Shown one piece after another: positions 1-9,300 of a stretch of DNA of 64,000 nt. Each line of letters starts with the position of its first letter. Position 1 is the first letter of the stretch. The position numbers and the translations under genes were made by a program. The notes below the pieces were generated by a model. That model made no database searches and had not been told where the DNA came from. It saw only the letters and a program-made list of their open reading frames with translations. Origin of the DNA: an uncultured bacterium (lineage in GTDB: Bacteria; Bacteroidota; Bacteroidia; Chitinophagales; UBA10324); contig CAXBPY010000004.1 of NCBI GenBank assembly GCA_963977675.1, positions 4,833 through 68,832 of the forward strand. The letters are read 5' to 3'.

Positions 1-454
1 TTGTTTCAGTTTCCAGATGTTCGAAGTAAACTGCATTCTGATACCACACTCCGGAATCGAGATATGTTTTTGCATCCATCGGATTGTAAATGGAAACACC
101 GTTCATCCAAACACCAATGTGGCCAAACCACGGAGCTACAAGTTGTCCGGTATTTTGTTGCGGGTTCAAAGTGATTTTGAAAGTGAAACCCATGTCTTGC
201 GGAAACCACGGATTGTTAGGCCAGTCATACCCAACCGGAATCCACGAAGCAATGTCAGAGCAATTCACATATACATTATTAGTTGAGTATTGAACCAACT
301 GAACATTAGTCGAAATTCCTGCGAAGCCATTGGTGCCATCATTCATTACCCAGTGAGTAATGGCAGGTGAAAGTTGAGCGAAGCATTTTGAGCTGCCTCC
401 GAAAAAATCGGAGCAAGTCAGGGTGACTGCAATAACAAGTAAAATTTTTTTCAT
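1..454 (-). CDS. Secreted protein, truncated by window edge (YHYH-domain-like, tentative)
   Basis: ATG at 454-452, open to position 1 (151 codons). Absent from the supplied track because no stop lies in the window. Signal-peptide-like N-terminus MKKILLVIAVTLTC. The segment GHIGVWMNGVSIYNPMDA resembles YHYH-domain proteins. Confidence 0.7.
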   Translation of the reverse strand, partial: MKKILLVIAVTLTCSDFFGGSSKCFAQLSPAITHWVMNDGTNGFAGISTNVQLVQYSTNNVYVNCSDIASWIPVGYDWPNNPWFPQDMGFTFKITLNPQQNTGQLVAPWFGHIGVWMNGVSIYNPMDAKTYLDSGVWYQNAVYFEHLETET

Positions 455-555
455 GCGGATGAGATGTAATGTCAAAGAAAAAGTTTAATGAATGGAAATG
501 AAAAAATTTTGAAACAAACAGCACGAACAATGTTTCCGAAAATGCTCATGGATTC

Positions 556-563
556 TATTTTTG
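556..563 (+). promoter_or_regulatory. Putative Bacteroidota -7 box TATTTTTG upstream of tdh
   Basis: Exact TAnnTTTG match ending 20 nt before the ATG at 583. Confidence 0.45.
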
Positions 564-582
564 GTCACCCAACCAAATACGC

Positions 583-1539
583 ATGAACACAAGCGACACG
601 ATACTCGTAATCGGAGCTTGCGGGCAAATCGGTTCAGAGCTTACTCTCGAACTCCGCAATCGTTACAAAAATGTTATTGCTTCTGATTTGAAAGAACCGG
701 AAGGAGAACTGAAAGACAGCGGACAGTTTGAACGGCTTGATGTGTTGAATAAAAATCAACTCGCTGAAATTATTTCGAAGAATAATGTGACTCAGGTGTA
801 TCACCTCGCAGCAATTCTTTCTGCCACCGGAGAAAAAAATCCTGAACTCGCGTGGCGTGTAAACATGAAAGGGCTGCGCAATGTGCTTGATGTGTGCACG
901 GAGAGCGATGTAAAAAAACTTTTTTGGCCCAGCACAATTGCAGTGTTTGGTCCAACTACTCCGCGCACAAATACTCCGCAGTGGACGGTGATGGAGCCGA
1001 ACACCATTTACGGAATCAGTAAACAAGCAGGAGAGCGGTGGTGCGATTACTACTGGCAGAAGAAAAAATTAGATGTGCGCAGTGTTCGTTATCCCGGTCT
1101 CATCAGTTACAAAACTCCCGGCGGCGGCGGCACTACTGATTATGCAATCGATATTTATTTCGAAGCGAAGAAGCACGGAAAGTTCACCAGCTTTCTGGCC
1201 GAGAACACTCGCCTGCCGATGATGTATATGCCCGATGCTATTCGCGCCACGATTGAATTGATGGAAGCACCGATTGAAAAAGTGAAAGTGCGCAGCTCGT
1301 ATAATATTTCTGCAGTGAGTTTTTCTCCGAAAGAAATTGCCGCGAGCATTCGAAAATTTATTCCTGAATTTGAAATCAGTTATGCTCCTGATTTCAGGCA
1401 GAAGATTGCAGAGAACTGGCCTGAGAGTATTGATGATTCAGTGGCGCAAAAAGATTGGGGCTGGAAACCTGAATACGATATGGATGCCATGACCAAGGAT
1501 ATGCTGGAGCATGTACCGGGGGAGGTTGAAGTTCATTAA
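583..1539 (+). CDS. tdh: L-threonine 3-dehydrogenase, NAD-dependent epimerase/dehydratase (extended SDR) type
   Basis: 318 aa; Rossmann motif ILVIGACGQIGSEL; YGISK catalytic motif; overall resemblance to epimerase-fold threonine dehydrogenases. Confidence 0.85.
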   Translation: MNTSDTILVIGACGQIGSELTLELRNRYKNVIASDLKEPEGELKDSGQFERLDVLNKNQLAEIISKNNVTQVYHLAAILSATGEKNPELAWRVNMKGLRNVLDVCTESDVKKLFWPSTIAVFGPTTPRTNTPQWTVMEPNTIYGISKQAGERWCDYYWQKKKLDVRSVRYPGLISYKTPGGGGTTDYAIDIYFEAKKHGKFTSFLAENTRLPMMYMPDAIRATIELMEAPIEKVKVRSSYNISAVSFSPKEIAASIRKFIPEFEISYAPDFRQKIAENWPESIDDSVAQKDWGWKPEYDMDAMTKDMLEHVPGEVEVH

Positions 1540-1585
1540 CAGCAATTAGTTTTTAGTTATTTGTAATAATTAAATACAAATACAC

Positions 1586-2215
1586 TTGCCTTTAATTTTT
1601 CAGGAAAAGTTTTCAGAATTTGAAATCGCTGTTTGGCGAATAAATGAAGATGAAAATTTTTTTCGGTTACAACTTCAACTCAGCGAAGAAGAAAAAATAT
1701 TTCTTCAAAACATAAAAGCTCCAAACAAAAGATTGGAGTGGCTGGCATCGCGCCACCTGATTCGTTCGCTTTTGAAAACAGATTTGTTTATTGACAGCAA
1801 CTTTAAACAAAAAGGAAAACCTGAATTGCTCAGCCATAAAAAGGAAATTTCTATTTCACATTCGTCGGGTGTGTGTGCGGTAATTGTGAGTGAAAAAAAA
1901 GCGGGGGTTGATATTGAACTGCTCGGAAGAAATGTTTCTTCCATGGCTCATAAATTTATTTCTGATGAAGAGAAAAAGAACCGCGAACTTACCGGTGATG
2001 AATTGCTTTTCATCTGGTGTGTGAAAGAATGTTTGTTTAAACTCTATGCAAAAGGCGGAGTGGATTTTCAACGCGATTTGTTTGCTGAACTTCCTATTGA
2101 AAAATCAGGAATCTCAAAAGCAGAAATCCGTAAAACAGATTTTTCGAAAACACTAACAATATATCACCGAATAATTGAAAATAATTTTTTGCTCTGCTGG
2201 ACAGTTGACAATTAG
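1586..2215 (+). CDS. 4'-phosphopantetheinyl transferase (Sfp-type)
   Basis: 209 aa, TTG start; motifs ISISHSSGVCAVIVS, GVDIE and WCVKECLFK typical of the PPTase superfamily. Confidence 0.8.
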   Translation: MPLIFQEKFSEFEIAVWRINEDENFFRLQLQLSEEEKIFLQNIKAPNKRLEWLASRHLIRSLLKTDLFIDSNFKQKGKPELLSHKKEISISHSSGVCAVIVSEKKAGVDIELLGRNVSSMAHKFISDEEKKNRELTGDELLFIWCVKECLFKLYAKGGVDFQRDLFAELPIEKSGISKAEIRKTDFSKTLTIYHRIIENNFLLCWTVDN

Positions 2216-2245
2216 TAATTGACAATTGACAGTTGACAATTGACA
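2204..2245. repeat. Tandem heptamer array (A/G)TTGACA x6
   Basis: GTTGACA ATTAGTA ATTGACA ATTGACA GTTGACA ATTGACA. The first units supply the last codons and the TAG stop (2213-2215) of the PPTase gene. Confidence 0.9.
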
Positions 2246-2279
2246 TCGTTCTTTCACCTTTGAGAAAAATATTTTCATT

Positions 2280-2711
2280 GTGAAAAAGCCAAAGCGCGAA
2301 GTGCTGGATGTGGAGTTTGATTTTAATTTCAAATTATTTGCACTCTCCACCACACTGCGTGACTACCAATTGTGTTATCAGATCAATAAAAATTTCCTAT
2401 ACAATCTCCGCCGGGTCAATGACATTGAAGTGAACCAGCCAAAGAAGCAAGTGGCATCTGTTCACAGTCATTTCAGTTTTTGCATTGAAGAATTGCAAAG
2501 AGAAATCCATCTTATAACAAACCATTCTAACGGAAGTTACTTTCTGTCTGAATTAAAAATTGCTGACTACTTGCTTAAATTAATGGGAGAAGTTTCGGAA
2601 GAGGAGGAAACCGAAATTTTAAATCGCTTGAGAAAGATTCAATCTGTTAATTTAGTAAAAGAGATTCCGGTGGATAGCATCAGGCAGAAGAATAATCTCA
2701 TCTTTGACTGA
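2280..2711 (+). CDS. Conserved Bacteroidota hypothetical protein (IPExxxVDY-family-like)
   Basis: 143 aa, GTG start; N-terminus [26 protein letters not shown] and C-terminal EIPVDSI resemble this family; function unknown. Confidence 0.65.
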   Translation: MKKPKREVLDVEFDFNFKLFALSTTLRDYQLCYQINKNFLYNLRRVNDIEVNQPKKQVASVHSHFSFCIEELQREIHLITNHSNGSYFLSELKIADYLLKLMGEVSEEEETEILNRLRKIQSVNLVKEIPVDSIRQKNNLIFD

Positions 2712-2730
2712 CAAAAAAAATATTTCAGTT

Positions 2731-2964
2731 ATGTGGGAAGAAAAAAACAATGCACTCTGCAAAAAATTTCTCTTTAAAGATTTTTCAGAAGCATTCGCTT
2801 TCATGACAAGAGTGGCAATTATTGCCGAAAAAATGAACCACCATCCGGAGTGGAAAAATATTTACAACACAGTTGAGTTTCGCCTCAGCACGCACGATGC
2901 CGGTGATACTGTAACCGAACGCGATCACAAACTCGCTAATGCGATTGATGCGCTGAGTGCTTAG
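2731..2964 (+). CDS. phhB: 4a-hydroxytetrahydrobiopterin (pterin-4-alpha-carbinolamine) dehydratase
   Basis: [27 protein letters not shown]...STHD is the PCD/DCoH signature. I prefer the ATG at 2731 to the track's TTG at 2704, which overlaps the upstream gene. Confidence 0.88.
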   Translation: MWEEKNNALCKKFLFKDFSEAFAFMTRVAIIAEKMNHHPEWKNIYNTVEFRLSTHDAGDTVTERDHKLANAIDALSA

Positions 2965-2981
2965 AATTCTCCTATCACTTT

Positions 2982-2989
2982 TACATTTG
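2982..2989 (+). promoter_or_regulatory. Putative -7 box TACATTTG upstream of tRNA-Pro
   Basis: Exact TAnnTTTG followed by GCG, as at other promoters in the window; 106 nt upstream of tRNA-Pro. Confidence 0.4.
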
Positions 2990-3003
2990 CGTCCCTTCTT
3001 TAA

Positions 3004-3087
3004 AAAGTTATTCGGAATTAGTTATCGGTTATTGGTAATACAGTTGTTAGCATTTACGAATAACTAATAACCTATAACAAATAACGA
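3004..3087. repeat. Inverted pair of heptamer arrays (nnnGTTA x4-5 facing ATAACnn x4), forming an imperfect long palindrome
   Basis: AAAGTTA TTCGGAA TTAGTTA TCGGTTA TTGGTAA ... ATAACTA ATAACCT ATAACAA ATAACGA. The arms are about 70 percent complementary over about 30 nt. Confidence 0.85.
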
Positions 3088-3095
3088 AAGAATCA

Positions 3096-3169
3096 CGGGG
3101 TGTAGCTCAGTTGGCTAGAGTGCTGCGTTCGGGACGCAGAGGTCGGAAGTTCGAGTCTTCTCACCCCGA
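3096..3169 (+). tRNA. tRNA-Pro (anticodon CGG)
   Basis: 74-nt cloverleaf folded by hand: acceptor CGGGGTG/CACCCCG, anticodon stem CTGCG/CGCAG, loop TTCGGGA, T-loop TTCGAGT; no encoded CCA. Confidence 0.93.
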
Positions 3170-3173
3170 CATT

Positions 3174-3201
3174 TTAAGTTTCAGGTTCCGAGTTTCAAGT
3201 T
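3174..3201. repeat. Tandem heptamer array TCAAGTT-type x4
   Basis: TTAAGTT TCAGGTT CCGAGTT TCAAGTT, starting 5 nt after the tRNA-Pro 3' end; related to the tract at 25728-25748. Confidence 0.8.
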
Positions 3202-3235
3202 TCACATACTTCACATATTTATATTCGTCGCGATT

Positions 3236-4615
3236 ATGAGTAAGCAAAAACCATCTGTTCCCAGCGGCACAAGAGATTTTAATCCAACCCAGGTAGCTCG
3301 GCGCAGATTTATTTTCGATACAATACGAAGCGTATTTGAAAAATATGGATACCAGCCAATTGAAACTCCTTCATTTGAAAATCTTTCTTCTCTAACCGGA
3401 AAATATGGAGATGAAGGAGATCAGCTTCTTTTTAAAATTCTGAATTCAAGATTGCACGATGCGAAAGACAAAGACAAAATCAAAAATGATTTTGAGAAAA
3501 TGCTTTCAACTTCATTTAACTCTGAATATATAACTGAGCGTGCACTTCGATATGATTTAACTGTTCCATTTGCCCGTTATGTAGTAATGCACCAAAATGA
3601 AATTTCGTTTCCATTTCGCCGCTACCAGATTCAGCCTGTATGGCGTGCCGACCGGCCGCAGAAAGGGAGATACCGTGAATTCTATCAATGTGATGCGGAT
3701 GTTGTAGGGAGCAATTCGCTCGTTCTTGAAATGGAGTTGGTAAGAGTTTATGATGAAGTTTTTTCTGCTTTAAAAATTCCTGTTGTAATCAAACTCAACA
3801 ATAGAAAGATTCTTTCCGGAATTGCCGAAGCAATGAATGCCTCAGGCAAATTCACTGAAATCACAATTGCAATTGACAAACTGGATAAAGTTGGGTTGCA
3901 AGGTGTTCGGCAGGAACTTGCTGTTCGCGGAATCAGTGAGAGTCAGATGCAAACACTTGAAAAATTTTTCTCGCTAAAAGGAAATGCAACTGAGCAATTA
4001 CAGCAAGCCGGAGCATTGCTTGAGAATTCTGAAGCAGGAAAGCAAGGAGTGAGTGAATTGCAAACTGTTTTGAATTATCTCAGTGTAAGCGGCGCAACCA
4101 ATTTTCCGATTGAAATTGATTTCACACTCGCACGCGGATTGAATTACTACACCGGTGCCATCATTGAAGTGAAACCAACTTCCATTCAAATGGGAAGTTT
4201 AGGAGGCGGTGGTCGTTATGATAATCTCACCGGAATGTTTGGACTCGAAGGAGTGAGCGGTGTTGGAATTTCTTTCGGCGCCGATCGGATTTATGATGTC
4301 ATGGAAGAGTTGAATATTTTTCCGTCATCGGCATTGAATCAAACAAAAGTTTTGTTCTGCTGCTTTGATGATAAAGGGATTGAGTATTCGCTTCCGCTTG
4401 TTCAGCAACTGAGAGAAAAAAATATTGCAACAGAAATTTATCCTTCACCCGAAAAAATGAAGAAGCAGATGAAGTATGCAGATGACAAAAAAATTCCTTA
4501 TGTAATTGTGATTGGCGATAATGAAATGCAAACCGGAAAACTTGCTTTCAAAAACATGACAAGTGGTGAGCAAAAGTTACTTGCGTTCGAAGAAATAATT
4601 TCTTCTCTGGAATAA
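3236..4615 (+). CDS. hisS: Histidine--tRNA ligase
   Basis: 459 aa; GTRDF, class II aaRS motifs (RYDLTVPFARY, FYQCDAD, GGGGRYD) and a C-terminal anticodon-binding domain. Confidence 0.95.
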   Translation: MSKQKPSVPSGTRDFNPTQVARRRFIFDTIRSVFEKYGYQPIETPSFENLSSLTGKYGDEGDQLLFKILNSRLHDAKDKDKIKNDFEKMLSTSFNSEYITERALRYDLTVPFARYVVMHQNEISFPFRRYQIQPVWRADRPQKGRYREFYQCDADVVGSNSLVLEMELVRVYDEVFSALKIPVVIKLNNRKILSGIAEAMNASGKFTEITIAIDKLDKVGLQGVRQELAVRGISESQMQTLEKFFSLKGNATEQLQQAGALLENSEAGKQGVSELQTVLNYLSVSGATNFPIEIDFTLARGLNYYTGAIIEVKPTSIQMGSLGGGGRYDNLTGMFGLEGVSGVGISFGADRIYDVMEELNIFPSSALNQTKVLFCCFDDKGIEYSLPLVQQLREKNIATEIYPSPEKMKKQMKYADDKKIPYVIVIGDNEMQTGKLAFKNMTSGEQKLLAFEEIISSLE

Positions 4616-4616
4616 A

Positions 4617-4637
4617 TGTGAAAGGTGAAAAGTAAAA
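4617..4637. repeat. Heptamer tract TGTGAAA GGTGAAA AGTAAAA
   Basis: Begins 2 nt after the hisS stop; same GGTGAAA family as 42411, 44715 and 48818. Confidence 0.7.
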
Positions 4638-4652
4638 ACTTTGAATCTGGAA

Positions 4653-5132
4653 CTAACTTTTATAGATGAGTGCAACAGCGCTTGCATTCACACCTTCTTC
4701 TCTTCCTACATATCCTAATTTTTCATTGGTGGTTGCTTTAATTGAAACGCAATCTTCATCTATCTCAAGTATTTGTGATAATACTTTTTGCATTTCAGGG
4801 ATATGATTGTTCAGCTTTGGTTTTTCGAGTGTAACTGTTGCATCAATATTTCCGACGCGGTAATTTTTTTTATGGATGAGTGCGAGAACTTCTTTCAACA
4901 AAATTTTGCTATCAATGTTTTTATACCGCTCATCCCAATTTGGGAAATTATATCCAATGTCGCGCAAGTTAGCGGCTCCAAGAAGCGCATCGCATATGGC
5001 ATGAATCAGCACATCAGCATCGCTATGGCCATCAGGTCCTTTATTGCTTGAAATAGAAACGCCCCCGATAATGCAGGGGCGCCCTTCTTTTAGCTGGTGA
5101 ACATCGAATCCAAATCCGACTCTGAAATTCAT
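4653..5132 (-). CDS. ispF: 2-C-methyl-D-erythritol 2,4-cyclodiphosphate synthase
   Basis: 159 aa; FRVGFGFDVHQL and GHSDADVLIHAICDALLGA motifs. The start codon directly abuts the porV stop. Confidence 0.95.
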   Translation of the reverse strand: MNFRVGFGFDVHQLKEGRPCIIGGVSISSNKGPDGHSDADVLIHAICDALLGAANLRDIGYNFPNWDERYKNIDSKILLKEVLALIHKKNYRVGNIDATVTLEKPKLNNHIPEMQKVLSQILEIDEDCVSIKATTNEKLGYVGREEGVNASAVALIYKS

Positions 5133-6329
5133 TTACTCTGTTGTGGTGTTGTTGTCAGGCGCTTTCACATTCTTCTCTTTGAAATCAAATATTAAACTAA
5201 AGCGAAGTGTGTTATCAAGAGGATTCTTTTGATTACTGGTTGGAATCAGGTAAGAAAAATTTAAACCAAACACATTGTACTTAATTCCAATTCCAGCTGT
5301 CAGATATTTTCTGTTTCCCTTGGTTGCATGCTCATTGAAATATCCGGCGCGAATGGCAAACTGACTTTTATACCAATATTCAGTTCCGACAGAATACATT
5401 AACTCATGTAATTCTTCTGAAGCACCGCCCGGTGCATCTGAAAAAGAAGAAATGATTCCTGCAGGAACACTAAGTGTTCTGAAATTTCCGGCACTGTCTG
5501 GAGTCGGAACCAGGAGTTTATTTATTTCAGCACCGATATGAAGTGAGTTGTATTCGTCGAAATTAAAAGTTGGTCCTCCGCCAATTCCCAAATTAGTAGG
5601 TATGAAATCTTTGTTCTCTGCAGATTGAGTGTAAGTGATTTTATTTCCGATATTAGAAATGGTAAGTCCAATGTTATAATAGCTTTTCTGCTTTGAATCT
5701 TTCATCTTAAAATCTTTATGATACATAAAAGAAATATCAGCAGCGGCTGCTATACCAGGTTTTATAGGAACATTATTTACTGACTGTCCGGAGGCAAGGT
5801 TTGAATAAATATAACCAAGGTTGATTCCTGTAGAAAAATTATCTGCAATCTTGCGGCTGTAGCCTGCAGTGAATGTGAATTCGCGGGGATTGAAATTGCC
5901 GATGATTTGTCCTGTAAAATTGGTAAAGGTGATGCTTCCGAGAGAGAAATAGCGGAGTGATGCAGTAATCGCCTGATCACCGTCATTCAGTTTTTTGTAT
6001 CCGGAAACATCAGCAAGAAAAATGTCATTCACTAATTCCTTAAGCCATGGAGTATATGTAACTGAAAGCGCAGTAGGAGCATCTGCAAAAGAAAGTTTCG
6101 CGGTGTTCCAATAAATCGAATTCGCATCCGCAGAAAGTGAAATTCCTACATCGCCCATTGCTCCGGAACGCGCATCCGGATCAATGCGCAGAAATGGAAC
6201 TGCGGTATTGATAGTGTTGATTCTTCCGTCTAACTGATCGGTAGATATCTGTGCGGAAACTGATACCGGGAGAAAACTTGCAGTGCACACACATACACAA
6301 AGCAAATTTCTAAGTGTTTTAATATTCAT
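5133..6329 (-). CDS. porV: Type IX secretion system outer-membrane shuttle protein PorV (LptO)
   Basis: 398 aa; signal peptide; FLRIDPDARSGAMGDVG motif; beta-barrel sequence ending in a terminal F-rich strand; located immediately downstream of porU as in other Bacteroidota. Confidence 0.9.
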   Translation of the reverse strand: MNIKTLRNLLCVCVCTASFLPVSVSAQISTDQLDGRINTINTAVPFLRIDPDARSGAMGDVGISLSADANSIYWNTAKLSFADAPTALSVTYTPWLKELVNDIFLADVSGYKKLNDGDQAITASLRYFSLGSITFTNFTGQIIGNFNPREFTFTAGYSRKIADNFSTGINLGYIYSNLASGQSVNNVPIKPGIAAAADISFMYHKDFKMKDSKQKSYYNIGLTISNIGNKITYTQSAENKDFIPTNLGIGGGPTFNFDEYNSLHIGAEINKLLVPTPDSAGNFRTLSVPAGIISSFSDAPGGASEELHELMYSVGTEYWYKSQFAIRAGYFNEHATKGNRKYLTAGIGIKYNVFGLNFSYLIPTSNQKNPLDNTLRFSLIFDFKEKNVKAPDNNTTTE

Positions 6330-6350
6330 GTTTTTTAGGAGGGTTCAAAG

Positions 6351-9300
6351 CTATTTTAAAAGGACTAATTTTTCAAAGGCAGTGGCGGAAAGACCATCAT
6401 CACTTTTTACGCTGACTCTATAAACATAAACTCCTTTCGCCAAAGGGTCTCCATAATCATCATTTCCGTCCCACATAATTCCATTTACACGAAATGAACC
6501 GGAATTGGTTACCCCGGTGCAAACATCGCATCCGGCTGAACCGCTTTGGTTGATTTCTGTCATTATTGTCTTCACCAGTTTCCCGCTAACCGAATATATT
6601 TCAATCTTTACTTTCAGAGTTCCTGAAGCAATGTTGTTTTCAAACATAAATTCAGTTTGCGATGTAAATGGGTTTGGAAAATTTAACACATGGCTTAGTG
6701 CCATCGACTCAGAAGTAGCCACCACAAATTCAGTGTAAGCATCTGATGAGTTATTATAAACATCCCAGGCTTTTACAGTTACGCTGTGCCTTCCGGCAGA
6801 AATATTCTTTAGCGGATATTTTACTACACCAGATTGGTAGTCATCCAGGTTTGCTTCGTAGAAATCATTCATCACAAATGATGATTGTGAATTTTCATCA
6901 AGCATTCCGGTGAGGTCGTGACCAATTCCATTTCCTACGGTGTTGATTCCATTTTCATCTTTCAGTTTCACATATAGCATCGGGCTTTCATCAGTCATCC
7001 CTCCAAAAACAAATTTTTCATCGTTCATATAAATTTGAATTTGTGGTCCGCTGTTGTCCGAAACAAAACCTGCTGCAGTGCCTCCAACAATTACCGAATC
7101 AAAGTACCCGCTGGCTGATGATATTCCATTCTGTGCATAGTAACTGAATTTGCCAAAACCAAATTGATAATTGATATCCTTTGGAACCACAAATGTGAAA
7201 CTGAAATCTCCATTTGTAACGCTTGCTTTCCCATTGTAGATTAGGTTTTTTCTTAGAGAGAAATTTTTTACCGGGCTCTCACCTGGATTGTTTGAAAGCG
7301 TTTTATAAGTAACAGACTTATCATATACAGTTGGATAAATTATTCCATTGTAATCAGTGATTTTATTTCCGTTTACATCGGCAACATAACCAGTCACGGT
7401 AATTTTTTCCAAAGCTTTTAAAGTATCTGGAGTTGAATTGAGGGGCTGAGATTTTATTGTTGAAGTCAAAACTTGATTAGAAGAATTTATAAGAGAGATA
7501 GCGGGATCGCCAATCAAAGTGAATTTGCGATTATTGATTGCATCACTGGTGACATTGTTCTTTCCGCGGCGTAATGCTTCACCCATTGAAATTGGATTTC
7601 CATTTTTTGTTTCAAAAACCTGTTTCATGAAATTTAGATTCAAATCTTTATTGGCGAATGAATAAACAAGTCGAACTGTAGTTACCAGGCCTATAGCTCC
7701 ACCGTTTGGATTTAGCATGAGGTGTTCGCCAGCCGAAACAATTTCCGGATTGTCAAATCCACTGAAGTCACAGGTAGCAGTTATAAATAATGGAAGTTTA
7801 CAGATGTTGGTCCAACTGTCAAAATCTTCGTTGCTTAATATGCGTTCATGTGCAAGGCCAGTGGCGCCGCCATGGCCAAGGTAATTAAAGATCAAAGTCC
7901 CCTCGTAAATACGATTGTTGATTGCAGTGTTTACATCAGGATATCGTTCACCTCCCGGAGTCGAAATCTGGCGGTAAGCATCAAGATAAATTTTATCAAT
8001 ATTAAAAAGCGGGTAGTGCAGCGATACATAATTTGCAATTTCTTCACAATCGTTTATATGCGTGTCACTGTCGCCATCATCTGCTGAAAATGTGACCATA
8101 TTTCGCCATGATCCTAATGAACTTGATGATTTATAAATCTTGATTTTGTTAATTACATCTTCAGCCTCGGTTTCATTTTTCACAGGCAGGCGGCCCACAG
8201 CAATATCCATTTTAATAGAAAGAGTGTTCATGTTTCCGCCTTCGTTGTTATCTAGAAATCCGAAGTAGTCATCTGTGTTGTAGGAAGTAACTGTACTAAG
8301 AGATTCATAGCTTTCAAATGTTGGGACAAGATTCGTGTTGTCGCTTTCACGGTTCTTGTAGTCGAATGATGCATCACCAAAAAGTAAAAGATATTTCGGC
8401 ATCAGCATGGTGTCACCATTTGCTCTGTCATAAAACATTTTTACAAAGTCACGAATCGCAGTTGGGTCAGGGCTTCCACCACCAAATTCATTATATATCT
8501 GTTCGGTGGTAAAAACTTTTACTTTCATATTATCAGAGGATCTGTGTAATTCAGCTAACTCATCCGCACTGGATTTTAATTTCGAGGGAGTAACTATAAT
8601 CAAATCTGTTTCCGAAGAACCATGCAGATTCTGATTCTTTACTTTCCCAAATGAAACAGGAGGCGGGAAACTGCTTCCGGTGAACGAAATATATTCATTC
8701 AATACATCAGATTTTTGGATGAATGAATATCCATTTCCCAAATCAACCAAATTGATTTGTTTGGGTTTGAAAGGATCAGTTACATTCCAGACTAAAATAT
8801 CTGATGAAGATTGGATCTTGTATTGTGAAACATTACCTGAACCGATCGAAGAAATAACTCTGAACGGCATTTCATTTCCAGCCATGGTGAGTGCGCGCTT
8901 CACATTAATCTCAATGTAATTCAACCAGCCGCTCGCATCATTCGCATTGCTGCTATAATTCAGGATTATGTTTATTGCACTCGAAGAGTTCGGAACGAAT
9001 GAAAAAACCCGGACAGCACTATCAGCAGCAGGACAGGTATAATCTGCACATGTTTCTCCAATTGTAATATCCGGAACAGACGCTCCATTGATTGAAGTTG
9101 AGAAATACCGCGACCCTTGGCCTGTAATAGTGTGAGAAGCAACTGCCATTCTGATTTTGCCTGAAGTTTGGCTAAGCATGTTAGGAAAGTTGAAACCAAA
9201 ATTTTGCGTTAGAATGTATTTGAAAGATTCGCCATACCAGTCTCGTCCGCTCTTTAAAAGATTGGCGGTATCAGCTTCATGAAAAGCATAGTCATCAAAC

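Noticed and set aside
634-1026. 130-aa minus-strand ORF inside tdh, and many similar 60-130-aa antisense or out-of-frame ORFs in the track
   Set aside because: Each lies entirely within a longer, family-assignable gene on the other strand or in another frame. They are typical shadow ORFs.
2204-2245. Reading the TTGACA arrays as stacked sigma-70 -35 promoter elements
   Set aside because: Bacteroidota primary-sigma promoters use TTTG/TAnnTTTG, and clear examples of those are present elsewhere in the window. No matching -10 element follows the arrays.
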